This document shows, one piece after another, positions 55,172 through 64,000 of a stretch of DNA of 64,000 bases. The position numbers were made by a program, and so were the translations under genes. This DNA is from Trichoplax adhaerens (lineage: Eukaryota; Animalia; Placozoa), in contig NW_002060944.1 of assembly GCF_000150275.1 (NCBI RefSeq), positions 943,232-1,007,231 of the forward strand. The letters run 5' to 3'. The notes under the pieces are model-generated. The model was not told the origin of the DNA. It saw nothing but the letters and a program-made list of their open reading frames with translations, and searched no databases. The stretch's first letter is position 1, and every line of letters starts with the position of its first letter.

Positions 55172-56549
55172 GACTAATTATCCGGTTTAATTATCTGAAA
55201 TAGAATAGAAGCTTGCTCATGAAACCAGAATTCTAAAACAGTAAGCAAACATTTTCGTAATGATGATTGTAACGTCATGTACTACACCAACGTGTTCTGT
55301 TTTATAGATGAAGAATAAAGTTGATATGAAAGATAACCAAAATGTTATTTTGGATTAAATTACAAGTTGATAAATCTAGCATGGTTGCAGAGAACATCGT
55401 AGATTCCATTGATTTAATTAGGGCAATTAAACGATATACTAATGCTAGAGCTAGGCTGACTTGAATCTTATTGTGTAGTACAGTATTAGTAGATAATAGT
55501 TCAGTTTTAGTTATCGATAATTTGTGACGCAGCATCGATGAAAATGAATTACGTATTTAATATAGTAAAGTCTAAAGTCAATTTCTCCAGATAAAATACT
55601 CGTATATAAATTGAATAAAATGACTGTTGCTTACTAAAAATGGAATCAGTTGCGATAATAAGAAGACCTACCTACTTATGAGCACTATCTTGTAAAGTAA
55701 TTACCTAGTGAGTTTTCCATATCATGATGATCAGTACAAATGTTAAAATAATTCAATGGACCTTGAAAAATTGCTGTAATCCTTTTCCGGCATACGAGTA
55801 CGTACACAAGTAATGCCTATAAATTCCTGATCGATAGTTTAGTCGATTTACTTGTACAATTACCGCTGTCAATCTTGACTACAAGTTTTATTCCTTTATA
55901 AACTTTGCTATGATAAAGATTGCTTCTCAATGCTAACTTGAATAAGGTCAGTAAGTGGTCAGTTATCCAATTGGTGAGTATTCTTACATTAGCGTAATGA
56001 TTGTGTTGTCATTTAGGCTATTCGTGTAGAATCCTACGAATGCTCAGTAGTGCTTATGAGTATAGCATAAGCACATTCACAGTACTTTGCCGTACTACCT
56101 ATTCTACTGGGACAATCTATACGGTATGTAAATCTTGCATAGGTCAACTACAGTACAATATTCTTTTATACCTACTTTGTGCAACTCTTTCTATTTATAT
56201 TGATCATGCCAATTCGTCCTCTGTTTTCAATATGTGGCTGCTTTTATATAGACACATGTCACGTATTCTAGTACTGCTGGAAACTGTAGCTTGCGTTGCC
56301 AACCCACGGTGCATTCATTAGCCGTAGTAAAGTGCACAAAACGTCGATAGAGATTGGTCATAGATGAAATACAAGCAATGCAAATTCCTCTACACTAAGC
56401 TCTCCATTTACAGCGGCAAATGTGGAAGAATGTTGCCATGGTTACGAAAGGAAATGTTGATGAGTAAACGAACGCCTCTGATTCTGCGCATACTGCACGG
56501 CCATGATTGGAGTAAGCAAATTCATTCTGTCCAACCTGCATATCACACT

Positions 56550-58400
56550 ATCATTTTCAGTCAAAGTTCTGTACAGCGAACAGTGGTCACAGTAGGAGTA
56601 CTGCATCAATTCAATTTTTAGAGTGTCTGGTTGAAAATAGCTCTCCAGTACTCTGGCGCCATTTCCAGTCAAAGTTCTGCACTCTGGCACTCTCGAGAGC
56701 AGGATTATAAGCCAGATATCGCGTTGCAGTTTTAGTCCAAGTTCTATCACCTAAAGTGGATAACTAGCGAGGAAAGAAGTTGGAATAGCTACTGCAGCAG
56801 CACAGCCTAGCAATAATAGTTATAATTATTACCCGCATTGGTTATAGATTACGTAGTATATGCAGTCTGTATGGACGTCCTTGTATTTTTTTACTTTACC
56901 TCATGTATCCTGCAGCATTCTGGAGTTATTTACAGCCAAAGTTACTCGTAAGAACAGGATTATAAGCCAGATATCGCGTTGCAGTTTTAGTCCAAGTTTT
57001 ATCACCTAAAGTGGACAACTAGCGAGGAAAGAAGTTGGAATAGCTACTGCAGCAGCACAGCCTAGCAATAATAATTATAATTATTACCCGCATTGGTTAT
57101 ATATTGCGTAGTATATACAGTCTGTATGGACGTCCTTGTATTTTTTTACTTTACCTCATGTATCCTGCAGCATTCTAGAGTTATTTACAGTCAAAGTTAC
57201 TCGTAAGAACAGGATTATAAGCCGGTATCGCGTTGCAGTTTTAGTCCAAGTTCTATCACCTAAAGTGGACGACTGGCGAGGAAAGAAGTTGGAATAGCTA
57301 CTACAGTAGCACAGCCTAGCAATAATAATTATAATTACTACCCACATTGGTTATATATATTGCGTAGTATATGCAGTCTGTATGTATGTACTTCCTTGTA
57401 TTTTTTTACTTTACCTCATGTATCCTGCAGCATTCTGGTGTTATTTACAGTCAAAGTTACTCGTAAGAGCAGGATTATAGGCCAGTAACGCGTTGCAGTT
57501 TTAGACTAAGTTCTATCACCTAAAGTGGACTACTAGCGAGGAAAGAAGTTGGAATAGCTACTACAGCAGCACAGCCTAGCGATAATAATTAATTATAATT
57601 ACTAGTAGAACCTACGTTGGTTATATATTGCGTAGTATATGCAGTCTGTATGTACGTACTTGTATTTTTTACTTTACCTCAGGTATCCTGCAGCATTCTG
57701 GTGTTATTTATAGTCAAAGTTCGGTACACAGGCACTCGTAAGGGCAGGATAATGCTCTAGTACCGAGGAACTTCGGCTGAAATCAGTTCTTCAGCCCAGC
57801 AGTACCCCCCCCCCCTATCGCGATGCACTTTTAGTCAAAGTTCTATCACCTAAGGTGAATAACTAGCAAGGATAGAAATTAAAATGACCACTTGGCATTA
57901 AATGTAATAATAATAATTACTAGTAGTCTGTATGGACGTACTTGCATTTTTTTTTACTTTACCTAATGTGCCTTGCAGCATTCTGGTGCTGTTTCCAGTC
58001 CAAGTTCTGTACGCTTTGGCATTCTTAAGAAAAGGATTTTGTGCTAATACTGCAGAAACTTATGGGAAAAATCAGTTCTGCGATCCAATACTTTGCCTAT
58101 GGTACCCTGCAGCGTTCTGGTGCTATTTCTAGTCAAAGTTCTGTATATTGGCACTCGTAAGAGCAGTGTTGAATTGCTCGACGCCAGGTTTTCAACGCTT
58201 GTGTGAACGTACAATATGCGGCAGTCATGACGGAACCTGCGGGGAAAATCATTTCTGCAGTCTAGCATGATTAGCATCCCTTTTTCGCGATACACTTTTA
58301 GTCAAAGTTCTATCATCTAAAGTGAACAACGAGCGAAGAAAGAAGTTGGAAAGACTACTACAGCAGCATAGTTTGACAATAATAATAGCCCTGTGTATAT
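56550..58400. repeat. Tandem array of ~255-285-bp units; 4-5 conserved central copies with degenerate flanks
   Basis: The unit landmark ttactttacc recurs at about 56899, 57154, 57414, 57677 and 57962; the sub-motif (c/t)agtc(a/c)aagtt occurs about twice per unit. Confidence 0.93.
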
Positions 58401-61400
58401 CATACTGCCATCATTTTTTGTAGTTACTGGGAGCTGGGCGATGCATTCGTCAGTAAGTGAACCTTGAAAGTGCCATTTTCAATCAAAGTTATACGCTGTT
58501 GCATTTCCAGTCGTCCCTGTTCGAGTAATATCTACCTCCTCTGGTCATTCTGCTGGTATAAAGTACATGAAGTTAACGAGCTAGAACTACACCGATGGAA
58601 TCGACGCTAGGTCGACTTATTTCAGTACCTCGCAGATCATTCTATTTGGGCCATTTTTGCACTCTACTCTCAGTTGGGGGCAGATGCCATGACTCCATCA
58701 ATCAATCATATAGTATGATGGAAGAAGCTCGACGGCGCCAGTGAGTACTAGGGTCTCATAGGAGTACAACACTCGACACTTTTTTTTACACTCCAGTCAT
58801 TACTTATTGACTCATCGCTGGAAGTTCCTAGCCTTCATATTGGTAGTTAGCGCATTGGTGTAGTGGAGCGCTGTTCCGGGTTTTTTTATGCAGCAAGCAG
58901 CGTAGGATAGTAGAAGAGGATAGTAAAGACTCGTCGATCATATGCTAGTCACGAAACTACTATTGTTCCCCTCACCTTGCAGTTCATCGTGAGAACTACA
59001 TTGATACAGTAGACATCGCTAGCTGTTCATGAGTTTCGATTTTGTGTTTAAAGCTGAGAATTTGAAGGCATCCAAGCAATCGCTTCCTTATCGACTGACT
59101 CAGATCGTAAACATCCTCAATCCATCAGACATACGCGTACACTTGTACGTAAATGGATTAGCGGTAGATGAAACGATACTGTTCCATGGTGAGACTTGAC
59201 ATATGATTTTAAGCTTCTTGTAAATATAATGAATCGCTTTCTATGTTGAATATAGCTAGCTAGGCTATTAACCTTCACAAGCACTAAGGATGCGCGTAAC
59301 TCATAAGCCTTTTAAAGGAAATACCGTCGTTTTTTTTAAATTTACGTTTCAACGAGTCGATGCTCGAGGATGATATCGAATGTAAAGTCTAATCGGATAC
59401 CGTAAACTGGATAGAGTAGAAACAGTTACTGCTATTCAATATTCAGAACTGAACTTTCAGTCGATTATCCCGTTTGAGTAAGAGTGTTATAGCATCGGCC
59501 GGGTAGGATAGGACTCATGGGGTTAGCCAACGAACATGGCATCCTGATAAGTAGCAGGCAAATAGTCACAGGCGCAAACAAAATATGATGTTATATAATA
59601 TTTTCACATTGAAATCATGACTATAAGAAATATGTACGGTATATCAGTATTGGCCACGGGTATTACTCTCAAACTACATGCGTCCAAGCCGTTCACAAAA
59701 ATGAAATTAAAGTTGAAACAGTAAGATACAAGAACGTACAGATTCCATTTCTATAATCAAGTACATTAGCAAGCTTTCAGCGAATACAGCGTAATGCTGT
59801 GAACGCCTATGATGATTGCTAGCAATATTGTAAAGGTATTTAAGCTTTGTATTACGGAGATGTAGCAGTATATCTTTATCGCCACAATAAAACTCTAAAC
59901 TTCCAGCTTATGCTTCTGTAAATATTAACTGATATTAAAGGATACACTCTCATCGTCGCTTGTGCCGTACATAAGGATTACAAGCATATGCAAGCCTGGT
60001 AATGATATAAATGTCAGTGCTCCACGCATAAAGTAGCCTTATACTCATTGAAACGATCAAATGGCTAAACTACTTAGAAGAATCCCTTCGAATTTCTCCT
60101 CCACTTTTTCGTTCAGATTTTACAGCATTATAATGCTCAAAATCTGTACCCTAACATTATTTGTGCCATATGCAACTTTTTATATATCTACAATATACAG
60201 AATAAACCCCTACCAAAAAAGCAGGCAATAAACACTCTCATATCCTTTAAAGTAATTTATATATAAATGCTGTATGGTAATGATTGCCATTTCGTGTAAA
60301 TCTCTCAAATGTTAATTTACTCAACACGATTCAATTACCAATCCGTTTTGGATCAAGAGTAAGGTTTTATCCGATCTTAATGGCGACAAGCTGCTTCACT
60401 TCACTTCTATTGCTCCCATTAAATTATAATCACGTTTCGTGGACAGAGAGAATTAATTAATTTGTAAATTTCAATTTGTTTACTAGCATTAATTATTTCC
60501 CTGAAAAGAGGTATGGCACCCTGGTGAGAGAAATACGTATGGTTTGTTTAAAGGATGAGATATAGACTTCCCACACCCCCTCTACCACTGTCCAAATTTA
60601 GAAAAGTAAGTTTGTGATCGCCCGCGCGACTTGTTGACGTCCCCTAAAAGTAAATATTGCGTTGGCAATTAATGCACCTGACGGTGTTGATTTTATTCGG
60701 AGTATACATTCTCATCAGTGAGAGGACTGCTACCACCGTGGTGTGTATATTAATGTTTGTTAAAGAATTTAGCATTAGCGAGTAAGATTATATGTATAGT
60801 TTTTATTATTATTATTAAACTATTTGTCTAGTCGTATCTTGTACAAGTTGTCCTTACGACATAAAGGCTAGCACCTTACAATGGAGACAGCTTTAATAAC
60901 CTAGAATAGGTACAAAATGCGAACTACATTATTGTACACTGTACAGTAAGGAGTCGCTTTGATGTGTCAGTACAGTATGAAGAAAAATTCGTATCGTAGA
61001 TCTACTAGCCGTAAAGACTAGAAGAAATCTCACTGATTCTCTTCTACGATATCATCGATATGGATAGTATAATTGAGTTTGACACGATCAATCCCCATTG
61101 GATAATATTGTCCCATGGAAGGATCGAATAAATCACATTGACTATCATCATCCTAGCAAACATGAAAGTCTTTCGTAATGATGAACATCGTATGATATTT
61201 TAATCACTCTGTTGAAAAAGATATTGTCCATTCTATGTTATACTATCGATGCAGTCCTTAGCAACCCAGTGAAAATAATATCAGCTGTCGTTTGATATTA
61301 TAATACAAGAATTTAAAAGTTATAGAAATTCACTCTTAAAGGGTTAACTGGACTACTGCGGTTATGATCAAGAACTCTACGACAGTATCACTACCATATA

Positions 61401-61689
61401 AAAAGTCATGAACGACGTTGTAGTTTTCACTAAAAGAAATTGATACTATTCGACTTAAAATACTAAGTTATACAAGGAAATGGACAGCATTGCTAGGCAT
61501 TCTTTCGTCAATGTGATGAAATAATTTCGAAAATATTGCTCTGATTGGATATCCTACATTGCGGGTGTATTTTCTGCCATAATCCGATATAATGGTCTGA
61601 TACCCAAGTCAATACATACATCGATTGAAATGATATTTTCATATATTTAAATTAATTTATAGAAAAGTAAAAGTATATCCATTAATTAT

Positions 61690-62960
61690 TCATTTATGAG
61701 TGGTTTAATATTGCGGCATCTTTTCAAATTATTATACCAATTGTATTGATTGCAATTGTCTCCGTGGTAAAGAAAGCCATCAAAGCATGTTGCAGATGCC
61801 GAAATGTATTCACATGCAAATGATCGAAAAGATCAAAGGCTGTATGAAATATAGATATATAGATATAAACAATCTGTCAATCATTTCCCATGAAAGCAAT
61901 TTACATTTAATAGTTTACGGTATGGTTTAGCCGTTTAAAAATTCTTTATTCATTTTCATTCATCGTCAAGATATTGATTGATGGTATACCGGCTTAGATT
62001 AAAGTTAGCAAACATCGTCGAGAAATAATGATTGCGATCGTAGCTGCAGGACATAAAAAATTAATAACTGTCACGATCTCAAAAATAGCACTCGTCAATT
62101 TATCCATCGGTGATCAAATTTTTTTCCCATTACTTGAAGCAAGAAAAAAATAAGCTGATATTACGCATAAACTGTTCATAACTATTCGTCGATTATCAAC
62201 AAGATCGAGAGTTATAACAGGAATAAAAAAATCTTCTCTCATGATAGAGACTGTGGATCCATTAAATAATAAAATGATAACACAATCGAAACTAAATACG
62301 AACGGTAACTGGCAGAAGCATTTAATTCCAGCGAAACTAAGCATTCTTTTCTACGTATAACAACATCCCATAAACTAATTATGCTCGTACAAGATGCCGT
62401 ATGTTGATACTAGATCGATGTGTATTCATGATGTGAATCATCATGATAAGTGTAGAATGGTAGAATAGGGGATTACACTTAATTTTATGTAATCTGACAC
62501 GCCAAAAGTATGAAATACGAACATTTAATTAAATAAATTAGATTCACGTAGTATGTACCAGTATGTCATGATTCATGTTTATTTGTTAAGCTATAGTCCT
62601 CCCTCAATTTAATATTCAACAGATTGACAGCGATAACTTGATGATGCACTACCCCAAAGTAAAATCCCGTGACATCATCTTAATATTTAATAAAACAGTC
62701 AATATTGCTTGTAATTTATTACTTTCCCATTGCTTGAATACATCTATAGCGACGATTAAATACGTGCATAGCCCACATGCCAATATTTTTTACATCATTT
62801 TATTTTACAATGGACCAATCATTTGTAGTCTATTTCCAATAGCATATTTCTTATTTGTTTACTAGATAGAATACAAATTGTGCTGTTTATGATTGTACCA
62901 GCGATCATTAAAGCTTCCATAATAATAACAGTAAGCGTAAATAGAATGGCGAAATGCTAT
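61690..62960 (-). pseudogene. Probable decayed intronless class A GPCR pseudogene
   Basis: Ordered fragments on the minus strand: TM1-like ILFTLTVIIMEALMIAGTIINSTICILSSKQIRN (~62950-62850), TM5-like IFEIVTVINFLCPAATIAIII (~62090-62020), TM6-like IYLYFIQPLIFSI (~61860-61820) and TM7-like NIKPLI (~61700), with many stops and frameshifts. Confidence 0.5.
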
Positions 62961-64000
62961 TACGACCCAGTGGAAAAATTAATTAATTTCTCTGGGATGA
63001 GTGCTCTACTTTAATCGGCATCATTGGCCGATCCAATCATTTAATTTTGAATCGGCCCTTGGTACTTTTCTATCACCCGTAGAAATTGCATTCTTTAGGA
63101 AATGATGGTATCTAATTTGCCTCCAGCCTAAGAACAAGAAAATAGTAATACGTATCTCACGAAAGCTATAAATAATTATTACAGTAAAAATACTTTAAAT
63201 CTTGCCCTTTGGTATTGTTATTTCTATTGAAATGATTAGTCACTACATGAACCCTACGTATGATTATGTACCAATCTGCCTAAGAAGGAAAACATTATTT
63301 CCGGCACTCTATAAAATTATCTTAATCATTATCTTGTCTTACTGGAGTGCTTCATTAAAAAAAAAAAGATTCTATTCAGTTTTCTACAGTAATTTACTCG
63401 TACATTAAAAATTGGATGGCTAAATGGTAATATTAGTAATCAAAAATAAATTACTGTAATAACTTAATAGCAACTTGATTTCCCTCTTGTATGATACAAA
63501 GTTCCCATCATCAGGAAAATACAACAATAACTACACAATTTTTATTTTTAAAGAGTTATTTTTATTTGGTATATCTGCAATACAGTGTGCGGCCTCTACG
63601 TTTTTCATATCGTGACCATTAAAATTATTTACAACAATTGATCAAAGTGGCATAGAGAAGAAGTTAGTTTAAACTTTTTCATTTGTCGACTTGATCGTTC
63701 TCTATGGCAAAAAGAATTCTACAGAGATAAAATTAAAACAACTTGTATCATTATGAGGTACCGGTTATGAAAATAGAACATCAGTACCATGATGATGCTA
63801 GACATTGCTGCAATGATATTTATAAATATAACTGCAAAGATAAAATGCGATGGAGTGTTACAACTGAAAATTCTAAATTATAGAATCGATTTTTCAATAT
63901 CATCTTATAGGCTGTTTATAGTCATACAAATCACGTTATCAGTGTAAATAAGGCCCATCTAGATTACAACTATCATCATTACTTCCAATTAATATTATAT

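Noticed and set aside
56550-58400. Spliced-leader RNA gene array
   Set aside because: No Sm-site-like RAU(4-6)GR follows the donor on the minus strand, and each donor has a nearby cis acceptor.
59160-59205. Minus-strand TMEQYRFIYR resembling a protein tyrosine phosphatase Q-loop
   Set aside because: Short, followed at once by a stop, with no other PTP motifs nearby.

Overview
AT-rich animal genomic DNA with many short GT-AG introns. The style (compact introns, clusters of intronless class A GPCRs) suggests a placozoan such as Trichoplax, but that is inference. From left to right: the 5' end of a minus-strand gene with a spliced upstream ORF; two tandem Spinster-like MFS transporter paralogues (-); a decayed intronless bacterial-type MoxR AAA+ fragment (-); SRP68 (-) head-to-head with a BAR+RhoGAP gene of the ARHGAP17/44/SH3BP1 family (+), their shared upstream region filled with mixed TACAG/TACTG pentamer tracts, a small inverted repeat and a ~100-bp minisatellite; two solo LTRs of one family, each with its own 5-bp TSD; three intronless rhodopsin-family GPCRs (+); a VWA3A-like gene (-); a ~260-bp tandem array whose unit looks like exon+intron; and a probable GPCR pseudogene (-). 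The most interesting hypothesis is that the TA(CAG/CTG)TA tracts are stacked Tc1/mariner excision footprints at promoters. Exon boundaries were read by eye and are approximate; no database searches were run.
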